This document shows positions 38,501-46,140 of a DNA stretch of 64,000 nucleotides, piece after piece. Each line of letters starts with the position of its first letter. Position 1 is the first letter of the stretch. The DNA lies in contig CAVYKI010000012.1 in the NCBI GenBank assembly GCA_963769025.1, forward strand, positions 320,001 to 384,000, in the 5' to 3' direction. The position numbers and the translations under genes are program-made. The stretch is from an uncultured Verrucomicrobiae bacterium (GTDB lineage: Bacteria > Verrucomicrobiota > Verrucomicrobiia > Chthoniobacterales > Chthoniobacteraceae). The notes under the pieces were generated by a model. That model searched no databases. It was not told where the DNA came from and saw only the letters and a program-made list of their open reading frames with translations.

Positions 38501-41500
38501 AACGAGGAAACCTGAACAGTCCCCGCACCGTTCAACTGCACCTGCCCGGTAAAAGTGTTGGCTCCCGCCAGGATGACCGTGCCTCCCGCGGCGGAGTTGA
38601 AATCCATATTTTGGAGACTCGATGCGCCATTCGCGATGACCGCATTGATCGTCAGGATGGTGCCGTTGGACGCATTGTAGTCCGGTCCGTTGGCCGCGCC
38701 AGTCGTCGCGCCGAGGAAAATAGTGCCGTTGATCGTGCTCGTGCCCGTGGCGGCGACGTTGCCCAATCCCAGATTGGACAGGATAATCCCGCCTGGACCG
38801 GTATCCAGAATGCCGCCGCTGATCGTGATGTTCTGCGCGGTATTGGCACCGCTCAGGGTCACCGTGCCGGCGCCTGTCTTGTTAATCGTCAGCGGGGAAG
38901 CCCCGGTGCTGAAGTTTCCGGCGATCGCGCTGCTGACGACGATGTTGCCGGATCCGGTGAGCCCCAACGTCTTCGCGCCCGTGCCGGTGAAGGTGATGGG
39001 ATTGGTGATCGTGAGGGTTCCCGCGCCGGAATTGTCAATCGTGCCGCCGCCGGTGGTGCCAGCGAGATTGAAAACGCGGTCGGTGGTTTCGCCTGCGCCA
39101 GTGTAGGACAAGGTCCCGGTCGTGGCGCCAGATCCCAGTTGAATCGTCGCATTCGCGATCGTGGTGGGCGCACCCAAGGGACCACTGGCGGCTCCGACGT
39201 TGTTGATGGCGGCCACGCTCAGCGTGCCGTTCTGCACCCAGGTCGGGCCGGTGTACGTGTTCGCGGTACCGAGCATGAGCGTGTTCGTGCCGAGCTTCGT
39301 GAAGCCGGATGAGGTCGTGCCGCTGATATTCCCGATGACCGATGAGTAGGTGGCGTTGCCTCCGGTGGTATCGAGGGCCAGGGCCGTTCCGGTCGCGGCG
39401 AAGGAAAGATTGGTCGAGAATGTTCCCGCGAGGACGTTGGCGATATCGGCCGCCGTGAAAGCGCCTGCGCTCCCATAGGCGAGCCCGAGGGTGCCGCCGC
39501 TGGAGACGGCGATGACCGGGTTCCCGGATGGGTACCCGACCATGGAGGCGGCATTCTGGAAAGCAACGACGCCGGCGCTGATCGTGATGCTGCCCGTGTA
39601 GGCACTCGTGCCCGACAATACCAAATTCGATGTCGCGCTGTTCTGGGTGATGCTCGTGACATTCGCGCCGATGTTGGAACTGATGGTCGTGGTCCCCGCG
39701 CCCGTGCCCGAGTTGGTCAGCGACCCGGTGAAATTGAGGTTCGCGCCGGAAACGGTAATGCCTCCCGCGGCGTTGGCGTTGAATGTCAGTGGCTGTGTGC
39801 CGGTGAAGGTGCTCGCGTTCGAGAAAGTCCACAGCCCGCCACCGGTCGAGGTGAAGGTGTTCATGCTCGCGCTCAGGGGCACCACCGAGCTGACGGTGAA
39901 TGCGTTCCCACCCGCCTGCGAGATGGCGGTGATGCCGCCGCCGATGGCACCCGAAAGGGTCGCGACCGGGGCGCCGCTGGCGCCGATGTTCGTGATCGTG
40001 CCGGTCTGATTCTGGGGGCCGGAGAGATTGACCGTCGAACCGGCGGCGGTCCCGTTCAGCAGGATATTGCCAATGCCGGAGACCGCACCTGAGGCGTTGG
40101 TGATGAACGCGCTGCTGCTCGTATTTCTCAATTGCAACGTCGGGGTGCTCGCGCCAGCTGCGAAGGTAATCGTCCCCCCCGCGTTGACCGTGCCCGAGAC
40201 GGAGAGGACGGCCGTGCCTGCGGCGTTGGGGATCGTGACGTTGTTTGGAAGGGTAAAGGTCGCTCCCGCGTTGGTAAAAAACAGCGTGGCGCCAGGCGTG
40301 ATCGAGAGCGGCCCGGTTCCCAACGGATTCACGGTCGCGACGGCGGTGGTCGTGACGGTCAGCTGGCCGGCTTGAATGTTGATTGGCATCGCCCCTGAAA
40401 TGGCGGCGGTGCCGCCAAGGGTGCTCAAATTCAGGGTGCCCGCCCCGACCTTGGTGAGGACATTCGTGCCCGAAATGAGCGGGACGGTGGCCGTGGCACC
40501 GCCAAGGGTGATGTTGTTCGCGCCGCCAAACGTGAGCGGGCCGCCGGGCGCGATCGTGAGCGTTCCCGCCGTCAACACGCCTCCAGGGGTGATCGTCAGC
40601 GTCCCCGTGGTGGAGTCGATTCCGCCGCCGCCCGCATTGATCGTGAAGTTGCGGGAGAGCGTGGCCGCGCCACCGGTATAGACGAGCGTGCCCATGGTGC
40701 TGGCACCGCCGAGGATGATGTTACTCGTGGAATTTCCCAGGCCGCTGACGGTGGTCACCACCGGGGTGCCGGAGAAACTCAGCGTTCCCTGCGTGATGGT
40801 GGTCGTGCCGGTGTAGGCATTGCTCGCGCTGCTGAGGGTCAACTGCGAGGTCGCAGAGTTTTGCACGACATTCGTGACGCTCGAAGCAATGGCACCGGTG
40901 ATGGTCACGGTGCCGGGTCCCGCGCCGGAGTTGGTGAGAGTGCCGGTGCTGGCAATGCCCGCGGTGGACGTGATGCCGCCCGTGCTGTTGGCATTGAACA
41001 CAAGGCTGCCCGTGCCCGCTGCGACACCGCCGGTCAGCGTGAAAAGACCCGCGCCGCTGCTGGCGATGGTGAAGCCCAACTGGTTGACGGGGTACGCGGG
41101 CGTCAGGGTGAGCGGGCTCGTTCCGGTCTCGTTGATCGCCGTGATGTTCGGGCCGAGATTCCCGATCGTGGTCGTGCCGGAACCCGTGCCAGAGTTGGTG
41201 AGCGTGCCGGTGGTGGCGATGCTCCCGGTGACCGTGATGTTACCGGTGTTGTTGGCATTGAACGTGACAGGGAAGACTCCCGCGCTGATGCCGCCGGTGA
41301 GCGTCAACAGCCCGGTGCCCGTGTTGGTGAACGTGTTCATCGTCGCCGAGGGCGTGATCGCGTTCGTGATCGTGAGCGGGGAGACGCCAGCCTGGGTGAG
41401 GGTGGTGACATTGGTGCCCAGCGTCGTGATGGTGGTGAGGCTGGTCCCCGAGCCAGCGTTGATCACCGTCCCGGCGTTGTTGACGTTGGTGAACGTGAGG

Positions 41501-43425
41501 GCAGCCGCGGTCGGGCTGGAGATGACGAGGTTGTTCGTCCCCGTGATCGAACCATTGAGCGTGACTAGTGTGCCTGTATTCTGCGTGCCGATGGAAAGGG
41601 TTCCAGTGCCCCCGGCGGTCAGGACGATGGGATTGGCATAGGTGAGTTGCGAGCCGGCAATCTGCAACCGCGCGTCCGCACTGCCGGAGGAGTCGCCGAG
41701 ATTGATGGTATTGGCGGCGGCAAATTGCAGCACTGCCATAGTTCCTCCCATCACCAGCGTTCCCGCCTTGATGTTGATCGCGCCTGTGAGAGTGCCCCCC
41801 GTGGTGGCATTCAGGCTCACCGTGCCCGGGGTCGTCTTGTTCAGCCCATTGGATCCTGCCATCGGCGCGGACACCGTGCCCGATTGAAGATCGAAAGCCG
41901 CAGTGCTCGTGAGCACGCCGCTGCCGGTGATGGAACCGGACTTCAAGCTGACCGAGGCGACCGTGTCGGCATAGGTCGCCATGCCGAGCGTGCCGCCGTT
42001 GATGGTGACCGCCGTGGCGCTGTTCAGGGCGTTGGCGATGCCGAGGGCGAGCGTGCCGCTGTTGATCGTCGTCGGCCCGGTGTAGGTGGCGACTTTGCTA
42101 ATCGTCACCGTGGAAGCGCCGCCGCCGATGGTCAGCGCTCCGGCCCCCGCACCGTCCTTGATCGTCCCGGAGAAGGTGATCGCGGCACCGGGAACCACGA
42201 CGAGTTCATTATTCGCGCCGATCGTGATGTCGCCCGCGCCGATAATCCACGTGCCCGAAGGGCCGGCATTCATGAGGCCATTGACCGAAAAGAGCGTTGC
42301 GCCGGGAACCGTCGTAGACCCCGTATTGGCGTAACGAATCGTATTCCCCGAGAACGAGGCCGGTGCCGTCCCGTTCGCAGACGTCAATTCATAATTCACT
42401 GTTCCCGTCGTGTCCGTGAGGTTCGCGGGCGCGGCTGCCGTAGTACCGCCCGTGAATGCCACCACTTGGTTGCTGCCGTTCACGGTCGCGTAACGGAGCG
42501 TGGTCGTCGCCCCGACAGTCGCCCACGGGCCGAGGATGCCATTCACATTCGTATTCGATGTGGTGGCGATGACGCCGGTGGTCAGCGGAATCACGCTGAA
42601 ATTCAGCGTGCCCCCGGAAGTCTGCGCGATGGCACCGAGATTCAGCGTGAGCGAAGTCGCCCCGTTTTGCGTGAGCGTGACGACGCCCGATCCCGCGAGG
42701 GTGGTTCCGGCGAATGTCTGGGAGTTTGTGGCGCCGCCGGCACCCGTGAGCGTGAGCCGGCCGCCGTTCAGCACCAGCGTGGACGCGCTGTTGATCAGGT
42801 CGGTCGAGTTGGTCGCAAAGTTCAGATTGAGCGTCGCGCCGTTGCTGATGCTGGTGTCGCCGGTGTAGGCGTTCACCGCAGAGAGGTTCAGCGTGCCGCC
42901 GCCGTACACGCCGAGTCCGTCCGCGCCCGCGATGACGGAACCGATCGTCGTCGCGACCCCGGTGTTGACGAAGAGATTCGGTCCCGCCGAGCCGAGGGTG
43001 AGCTGCCCGCCGTTGAGCGTGTAACCGGTCGTGAAAAACTGCAGCGAACCCGTGTTCACTCCACCGCCGGCAAGCGTCACCGTCCCGGCCGTCCCGGTGA
43101 AGATGACCGTGTCGGTGGTGAGGTTTGGCCAGGCGGCGTCCGTGCCGGTCACCGTATTGAACCAGAGGAGCGAGGAGGTGTCCCACGCTCCGGTCCCGCC
43201 CAAATTGTTTCCGGTGTTGCCTGTCGAGTTGATCGACTGGCCCGCGTAGTTTCCAACCGTGCTTCCATCGGCGTCCCAGTAATACGTCGCAGCACCCACG
43301 TTCGTGGTCGGGATGAGCGCCGCGGCAAGGACGGCGACGGAGCCGGCGAGGATGCGCTTGCGGACTGCCCGACTGGCGGTGCGGGCAGGCTTGCGGCGGA
43401 AAAGGGTAAGGTGGTTCATCTTCAT
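29509..43425 (-). CDS. Giant surface protein C (4,638 aa): signal peptide, passenger-associated beta-helix repeats, PEP-CTERM; paralogue of B
   Basis: Single uninterrupted ORF. N-terminus MKMNHLTLFRRK...RILAGSVAVLAAALIPTTNVGA, many TKxGxGTxTLSGxNTYTGxTxI repeats, C-terminus YEIVPVPEPATTALIGVVALCALIGYRERRR. Confidence 0.93.
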   Translation of the reverse strand: MKMNHLTLFRRKPARTASRAVRKRILAGSVAVLAAALIPTTNVGAATYYWDADGSTVGNYAGQSINSTGNTGNNLGGTGAWDTSSLLWFNTVTGTDAAWPNLTTDTVIFTGTAGTVTLAGGGVNTGSLQFFTTGYTLNGGQLTLGSAGPNLFVNTGVATTIGSVIAGADGLGVYGGGTLNLSAVNAYTGDTSISNGATLNLNFATNSTDLINSASTLVLNGGRLTLTGAGGATNSQTFAGTTLAGSGVVTLTQNGATSLTLNLGAIAQTSGGTLNFSVIPLTTGVIATTSNTNVNGILGPWATVGATTTLRYATVNGSNQVVAFTGGTTAAAPANLTDTTGTVNYELTSANGTAPASFSGNTIRYANTGSTTVPGATLFSVNGLMNAGPSGTWIIGAGDITIGANNELVVVPGAAITFSGTIKDGAGAGALTIGGGASTVTISKVATYTGPTTINSGTLALGIANALNSATAVTINGGTLGMATYADTVASVSLKSGSITGSGVLTSTAAFDLQSGTVSAPMAGSNGLNKTTPGTVSLNATTGGTLTGAINIKAGTLVMGGTMAVLQFAAANTINLGDSSGSADARLQIAGSQLTYANPIVLTAGGTGTLSIGTQNTGTLVTLNGSITGTNNLVISSPTAAALTFTNVNNAGTVINAGSGTSLTTITTLGTNVTTLTQAGVSPLTITNAITPSATMNTFTNTGTGLLTLTGGISAGVFPVTFNANNTGNITVTGSIATTGTLTNSGTGSGTTTIGNLGPNITAINETGTSPLTLTPAYPVNQLGFTIASSGAGLFTLTGGVAAGTGSLVFNANSTGGITSTAGIASTGTLTNSGAGPGTVTITGAIASSVTNVVQNSATSQLTLSSASNAYTGTTTITQGTLSFSGTPVVTTVSGLGNSTSNIILGGASTMGTLVYTGGAATLSRNFTINAGGGGIDSTTGTLTITPGGVLTAGTLTIAPGGPLTFGGANNITLGGATATVPLISGTNVLTKVGAGTLNLSTLGGTAAISGAMPINIQAGQLTVTTTAVATVNPLGTGPLSITPGATLFFTNAGATFTLPNNVTIPNAAGTAVLSVSGTVNAGGTITFAAGASTPTLQLRNTSSSAFITNASGAVSGIGNILLNGTAAGSTVNLSGPQNQTGTITNIGASGAPVATLSGAIGGGITAISQAGGNAFTVSSVVPLSASMNTFTSTGGGLWTFSNASTFTGTQPLTFNANAAGGITVSGANLNFTGSLTNSGTGAGTTTISSNIGANVTSITQNSATSNLVLSGTSAYTGSITISAGVVAFQNAASMVGYPSGNPVIAVSSGGTLGLAYGSAGAFTAADIANVLAGTFSTNLSFAATGTALALDTTGGNATYSSVIGNISGTTSSGFTKLGTNTLMLGTANTYTGPTWVQNGTLSVAAINNVGAASGPLGAPTTIANATIQLGSGATTGTLSYTGAGETTDRVFNLAGTTGGGTIDNSGAGTLTITNPITFTGTGAKTLGLTGSGNIVVSSAIAGNFSTGASPLTINKTGAGTVTLSGANTAQNITISGGILDTGPGGIILSNLGLGNVAATGTSTINGTIFLGATTGAANGPDYNASNGTILTINAVIANGASSLQNMDFNSAAGGTVILAGANTFTGQVQLNGAGTVQVSSFNSVTGGTASSSLGAPVTAGNGTILLNSNGILKYVGPGETTDRIISLNGTTSGATIDQSGGGLLKFSSNFATPGAGAKTFILTGSTSGTGEIGGAITQNSTTNTTTLTKNGTGTWTLSGINTYTGATNVNAGNLILSQGAGSGVLGNTGIVINNGGTLSPLAGTSGYFAGNAGTAAAGARVTLNAGGTLNLADGSVNPFVLIQHTTFAGNAATFNGGSLTFDIGQTAADQIDVRLNNIPGSGQATSSGANAIAINPATGAGFLTPGNYTLINATAGLSTLNPAHFFLASPNLFVGGVLYNLSLSGTTGTEVLTVATGGAAAAPNTAYWTGALGTSWATGSAGGVPTNWASTAAGTADTFAVPASNTNVILTANNGMNLLTALNQAFTINSLTFSGAGTANSAGSTVASGAGTNALTINAAALNGNAAGNGIAVQAGSGADLISANVILGGNQAWTNNSTNALTISGVVSDGGSNFNLTIAGTGTTALTNGANTYGGITTINAGATLSVPTLTNGGAPGTLGQSSSAATNLVFSGNSTLSYTGAISTSNRAFTINTGVTATFDINAAGSLSLAGATGAATTGALIKVGPGALTLSGANTYTGNTTVVDGTLNLTGSLTGNGVTNAGSLLIVTNGANQTAVVNVGGDINTYYAYQGANNPGSVSVYNQTGGTVTTTTTQTANNTNFVAGNGGYGYFNITGGTFNNAVGRMTVATSGTTTNPGTVGVVYVGSGGTLISNAEYFLIAYNNLNNIGQVTVGPGGTFNRNGTANPLVMYWTTAGATGILNVTGGLLTTTAGRGIQFGNSGNSSGNVGIVNFAAGTYQTNTAFTVTSNTGTNGAFAYINAAGGTIMTTGAVTALLPGNATNTTTIAKIFGAINNAAATGDSSQNFTGGLKFDSNGFNSTITQPMNGVAGSGVYAANLTVTGGTGYVGAPAVTFTGGTLAAGGVPASGYALISGGAVTGIVITAPGEYTVAPTVNLSGGGGTGASVSVGSLVANTNTGGLTKLGAGNLTLSNANSSFGGPVIISGGVLVSSGLGSLANIGANSSIGTGDPTSNATNAASLVLDGGTYSVLNTSGAVTTDRLLTVTENGSTLSSDNTTAANVLTFANSAAIAYTGSGARTLAFAGARAGTNVLMDTFAPLIGDAAVGQVSVTKNGTAAWILANAGNSYTGPTTINGGILSVSAIGIAGAGGTPSRLGASSNAAANLVLSGGTLGYTGAGETTDRNFTFGNAATAAGGGIDTTGATGALIISGSMTGANAAASTQVLTLTALAASGANAINGSIVDSNTGIGALTGVTKAGIGAWTLGGANAYSGLTTISAGTLNITGTNTLASPITFTSGGNGIVNVNSSGTVNAGTLTWAGATGGVLNLLGGTLLANGNLTSTNSTVNALSFNGGTLRSAAPITISTLLNINVQAGGGTIDTAGGDITSSSAIGNTASPGTLNVIGGNTFQAAFNATFTGNANITGAGTRVRFITTAAAYGGLWTVGSGATLDINNVGNYSFGGLAGGGTILNTGASALRTVTITGAGGNAFSGSIQQPAPSTTLATGVTLNLASPTAVQTFSGNHTYGGPTTLTQGTLALTGGSLDNTAISIAANGTLAVLPGAGAYTAGNGATAGMGASLNVAANGTVNMVDGAIGTFNVVQNASFATAALTLATANFNFELSSAGVDQIIFSGGTVASVISGTNTITITALGTSLTPGTYSIITAPGIPAGNTLFKFGNGTDTRSITVGALSYPLTLTSVSGIEQIVVGTGVGFVTWTGQTNGTGAANSVWIATPAGHNNFATPAPAASDYSEGSAVIFQDTNTITSANVTNGTVIIDGAGVNPSAVTVNNSSAVPYTFQNASGTIGIAGATNLNKTGTGTLTLLGQNTYTGATVINGGIVNVGVAEGAGTGPLGNGGVLTFTGGTLQSSAANTNDYSARFSTAAGQDLWLDPNGQTVLLATPLISAGGTLTVGLVGGSTTGTLNITSAPGTNTYSGATVINAGTLRLSSTATASAFGALAGTPSITVNSGGTLLLQSSVNDLLGYTAGTAALIINGGTVTNDGSGSRVTLANPVTMTGGTLGGTSTGNNGGTYSLSNATPFTAVIATSDAAGNPAVINPAGGIAIQNATSQIFNVTIGVMAPVSDLNITTPINNYTGITGSITKSGTGIMTVSGANTYTGATIIGQGTLRFGADQTLSGGLTFGAAAASTITGTLDLGTTPSNATFGGTLLVQTSSATANTIIVGSGKALAVNGNVTVGFNPSSTATTKLTITGATPGVGAFNVSAAAGTLQIGGATGSVGNAATLDLTGLATTTISLGSGTLRVNNNDATNVTANVATFLLPIPTGVTATTPVTTITATNFNVGDSPGFSSGGTANTVQLGSGLTTLNVNTLNVASGTRDLGVMIFNPAATNGAITLRALNGTGAVGVNVGTGANTGTGTAGQHNLVDFTGRYADLLISTLTVGGGGRNFTINNDFKFDTGILVATGMVIGNASLGTTATVSPVTTSSVTIGGGSVTIGASGVSMGTVTDTSGGARTIIGNLNISGGTVNIGTTGVFSIRLGNLTAATGVVTTTDNLNITGGSTTLAGDIIRSTVTRTTANVTLDGATAALDMGGNKIGSTGTPINFNLRQGTLANLNEFNGGANLVKTTGGTLTLTGVNSYTGATNINAGTVNIDTVAAGATSQSLGMNTGANAVTLGVASTSSGTLNYTGGAGTLDKNITALGNGNDTVQNSGTGKLTLAGTLTKNGTVLTLAGGANGIAVTGAIVGSNPNSDLTISGGTTTVSNNNTYNGATVVTSTGTLELATGGSLSGTTGVSVNSGGTLVMNNNASNVVNTTATMNLAGGTLAVGSTVSNDTTKTQTFGALTLSGASTLDFGTGTVGNALVFAQNATFASGTLAIWNWTAGSYPVGSFANDTGSLGDGQDRFLFNGTGSGFNAGQLANITFFSDSGMTQIGFGAAEVSFGSQYEIVPVPEPATTALIGVVALCALIGYRERRRFTGTRARFARK

Positions 43426-43826
43426 GGCGAGGTGCAGCTTGGACTAAAGGGTTCCGGAGCGAGGCGGCTGGCAGGAGCGGCGCTGGCGCCTGCGCTGAAA
43501 ATTACCCGAAAGCCGCAGGCAGGAGATCCGTGCTGGTTCCGCGCGCAGAAGTCGAACTTCGGTACCGGATTCCAGCGGGGTTCAACAGAGGGCACAAACG
43601 GGAGAAAAATCGGGAAGGAATGAATATTGGGAGCCGGTTGAATGGCTCATTACGGTTTTGTCAGGGTTACGCAAGCGGTTTTCCATTCGGCGTGGCAAGA
43701 CGCAGCCCCACGTGCTCATCGAACGACTGGGACGCCGCACATCCGCCCAAAGCGCGCGGCGAAAAATCGCATTGACGGCACCACGCGTGCCACCAAAACT
43801 CGCGACCGTGAGCGACTCAACCACCC

Positions 43827-44225
43827 ATGAAAATTAACCGTCGTTCGTTCATCGGACTAGGCTCGCTCGCGGCCTGTGGAACTGCGCTCAACGTCCCCTT
43901 GCCCGCCGCGGTCACGCCGCATCCATTCCCTGGCGCGGCCCCGCTTTGCGCGGGTGGCGAGGCAGTGCTCGCGTATGTGCGCAGCTACACCGCGAATTTC
44001 CGCATCGTCAATGCATCGCAACCCGGCACGGACGGAAGGCACAGACTGCATCTGGTGACGGAACTGGCGGACGTGGAACATTGGCCCGCAGCGATGGCGC
44101 AGGTACCGTTCGCGAAGGTCCGCGCGGGCGGCAACACACTGGCCTTTGCGATCGACGGACTGGACGTGACGATCGAAAACCTCCCGCCCGAGGCCTTCGC
44201 CCACCGGCTGACTCTCCCCGCTTAG
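43827..44225 (+). CDS. Hypothetical protein with a twin-arginine (Tat)-like signal
   Basis: 132 aa starting MKINRRSFIGLGSLAACG (NRRSFI matches the S/T-R-R-x-F-L motif). Divergent from gene C. Weak TTGACG-N17-AAAACT promoter-like sequence at 43772-43800. Confidence 0.6.
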   Translation: MKINRRSFIGLGSLAACGTALNVPLPAAVTPHPFPGAAPLCAGGEAVLAYVRSYTANFRIVNASQPGTDGRHRLHLVTELADVEHWPAAMAQVPFAKVRAGGNTLAFAIDGLDVTIENLPPEAFAHRLTLPA

Positions 44226-44449
44226 TCCTCGCAGGCTTCTCACTTTCGCGGTCAAAACGCCTCGTCCCGCGAAGAGCGCCCGCAACCGTCTCCTCCGCCG
44301 CAGCAGATTCCCGGGGCGACGCGTAGTGAAATCGAATGCAGGCACCCGAATGGAATCTGAGCGACGCCAGATAGCACACTAGCGACGGCGCCCGCCGGCT
44401 CGCGGCGATTTTCCGGGGATATTTGAGACAAGTAGTTTCATTTTTTTTG

Positions 44450-44479
44450 TTGCCTGCCTTTTCCCGCATAGCATAGGCT
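44450..44479 (+). promoter_or_regulatory. Putative sigma70-type promoter of the tail-collar operon
   Basis: TTGCCT-N18-TAGGCT preceded by a T-tract (UP-element-like), about 55 nt upstream of the ATG at 44533. Confidence 0.35.
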
Positions 44480-44532
44480 CCGGCGCGTCGGCAGTTTTTC
44501 GGCAGACTAGGTCAACTCAACCCATTCCCACC

Positions 44533-45045
44533 ATGGCAGAACCCTTCCTCGCAGAAATCCGCATCATGTCTTTCAATTTCGCCCCGAAAGGCTGGGCGAT
44601 GTGCAACGGGCAACTGCTGCCCATCAACCAAAACCAGGCGCTCTTCTCGCTGCTTGGCACCACCTTCGGCGGCGACGGGCGGGTCAACTTCGGCCTGCCT
44701 GACCTGCGCGGGCGCACGCCGATCCACGTCGGCAGCGGTCACACGCTCGGCGAGCGCGGCGGCGAGCAGGCGCACACGCTTTCCGTCGCGGAACTGCCGA
44801 ACCACACGCATGTAGCGCAGGCCAACAATTCGGCGGCTGGGACGGCCGATCCGACGAACGCGTTCTTGGCCCAACCGCCAGCGGCATTGGGATCGATCTA
44901 CACCACGACGTTGAATCCTTTGGTCGCGATGAATCCGGCAGCGGTGACGACCGTAGGTGGCAGCCAGGCACACCTCAACATGCAGCCGTTCCTGACGCTC
45001 ACCTTCTGCATCGCCCTGCAAGGCATCTTCCCATCACCCAACTGA
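44533..45045 (+). CDS. Phage tail-collar domain protein 1 ('microcystin-dependent protein' MdpB-like family)
   Basis: 170 aa. AEIRIMSFNFAPKGWAMCNGQLLPINQNQALFSLLGTTFGGDG...FGLPDLRGR, LPNHTH, HLNMQPFL...IALQGIFP. Confidence 0.9.
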   Translation: MAEPFLAEIRIMSFNFAPKGWAMCNGQLLPINQNQALFSLLGTTFGGDGRVNFGLPDLRGRTPIHVGSGHTLGERGGEQAHTLSVAELPNHTHVAQANNSAAGTADPTNAFLAQPPAALGSIYTTTLNPLVAMNPAAVTTVGGSQAHLNMQPFLTLTFCIALQGIFPSPN

Positions 45046-45054
45046 TTCACGCAT

Positions 45055-45555
45055 ATGGCACAACCTTACGTCGGCGAAATTCGGATGTTTGCGGGCAACT
45101 TCGCTCCCGCGGGCTGGATGTTCTGCGCAGGCCAGCTCCTGCCGATCTCGGAAAACGAGACGCTCTTCAACCTCATCGGCACGACCTACGGCGGCGACGG
45201 CCAATCGACCTTCGCTCTGCCCGACCTCCGTGGCCGACTGCCCATCCATCAAGGCGACGGGTTCATTCTCGCCGAAACCGGTGGAGCGGAAGAAATCACG
45301 CTGACGGTCAATCAGATTGCAGCGCACAGCCACGCGTTCCTTGCTTCGAGCGGCACGGCGGGCACGGGGAGTCCTCAAGGCGCGGTTTTGGCCCAGCCGA
45401 CGGCCAGCATCTACAACTCGGGGACGAATCCGGTGAACATGGCTGCGCAGGCAATCTCCCAGGTTGGCGGCAGCCAGCCGCACAGCAACTTCCAGCCTTA
45501 CCTCTGCGTGAATTTCATCATCTCGCTCTTCGGCATTTTCCCTTCGCCGACCTAG
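45055..45555 (+). CDS. Phage tail-collar domain protein 2
   Basis: 166 aa. GEIRMFAGNFAPAGWMFCAGQLLPISENETLFNLIGTTYGGDG...FALPDLRGR, IAAHSH, HSNFQPYL...ISLFGIFP. Confidence 0.9.
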   Translation: MAQPYVGEIRMFAGNFAPAGWMFCAGQLLPISENETLFNLIGTTYGGDGQSTFALPDLRGRLPIHQGDGFILAETGGAEEITLTVNQIAAHSHAFLASSGTAGTGSPQGAVLAQPTASIYNSGTNPVNMAAQAISQVGGSQPHSNFQPYLCVNFIISLFGIFPSPT

Positions 45556-45606
45556 CCTCGGGCTTGCCGCAACCTCTTCACTGTCACCTTCCACTCTTAA
45601 CTTCCC

Positions 45607-46134
45607 ATGGCCGATCCATTCGTCGCAGAAATCCGCATCTTCCCGTTCAACTTTGCGCCCAAGGGCTGGGCGTGGTGCGACGGGCAGCTCCTGCCGCTCT
45701 CGCAAAACACCGCACTCTTCTCCCTGCTCGGCACCACTTACGGAGGCAATGGCAAATCGAACTTCGCACTGCCCAATCTGCAAGGCCGCGCGCCGATGCA
45801 TCCGGGACAAGGGCCGGGCCTTTCGCTGCACGACCTCGGTGAGACCGGCGGGTCGGAAATTGTGACTCTCCTGGAATCGGCAATCCCGTTGCACACGCAT
45901 GCGATGCGGGCTTCCAGCGATGTAGCGGATAACAACGTGACAGCCGGCAAAATGCCGGCAAAGCCGCTTGGGCGCGGCAACACCTTGTTCGTCACCACGG
46001 CCTCGCCGCTGGTCTCGATGGCGGACGTGGCGTTGGCGCCCGCGGGCGGCAATCAACCGCACAACAACCTGCAGCCATTCCTCACGTTCTACTTCTGCAT
46101 CGCGCTGCAAGGAGTCTTCCCGCCCCGGAGCTAA
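45607..46134 (+). CDS. Phage tail-collar domain protein 3
   Basis: 175 aa. AEIRIFPFNFAPKGWAWCDGQLLPLSQNTALFSLLGTTYGGNG...FALPNLQGR, IPLHTH, HNNLQPFL...IALQGVFP. Confidence 0.9.
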   Translation: MADPFVAEIRIFPFNFAPKGWAWCDGQLLPLSQNTALFSLLGTTYGGNGKSNFALPNLQGRAPMHPGQGPGLSLHDLGETGGSEIVTLLESAIPLHTHAMRASSDVADNNVTAGKMPAKPLGRGNTLFVTTASPLVSMADVALAPAGGNQPHNNLQPFLTFYFCIALQGVFPPRS

Positions 46135-46140
46135 AGGTTC

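Noticed and set aside
8690..43623. Long + strand ORFs opposite genes B and C (e.g. 8690-10513, 15195-17570, 31210-34050, 41647-43623) and - strand ORFs opposite A, D and E
   Set aside because: Antisense or alternate-frame shadows of GC-rich repetitive genes; Arg/Pro/Val-rich with no recognisable motifs.
44533..46134. Prophage, tailocin or eCIS suggested by the tail-collar genes
   Set aside because: No sheath, tube, baseplate, capsid, terminase, lysis or integrase genes anywhere in the window.
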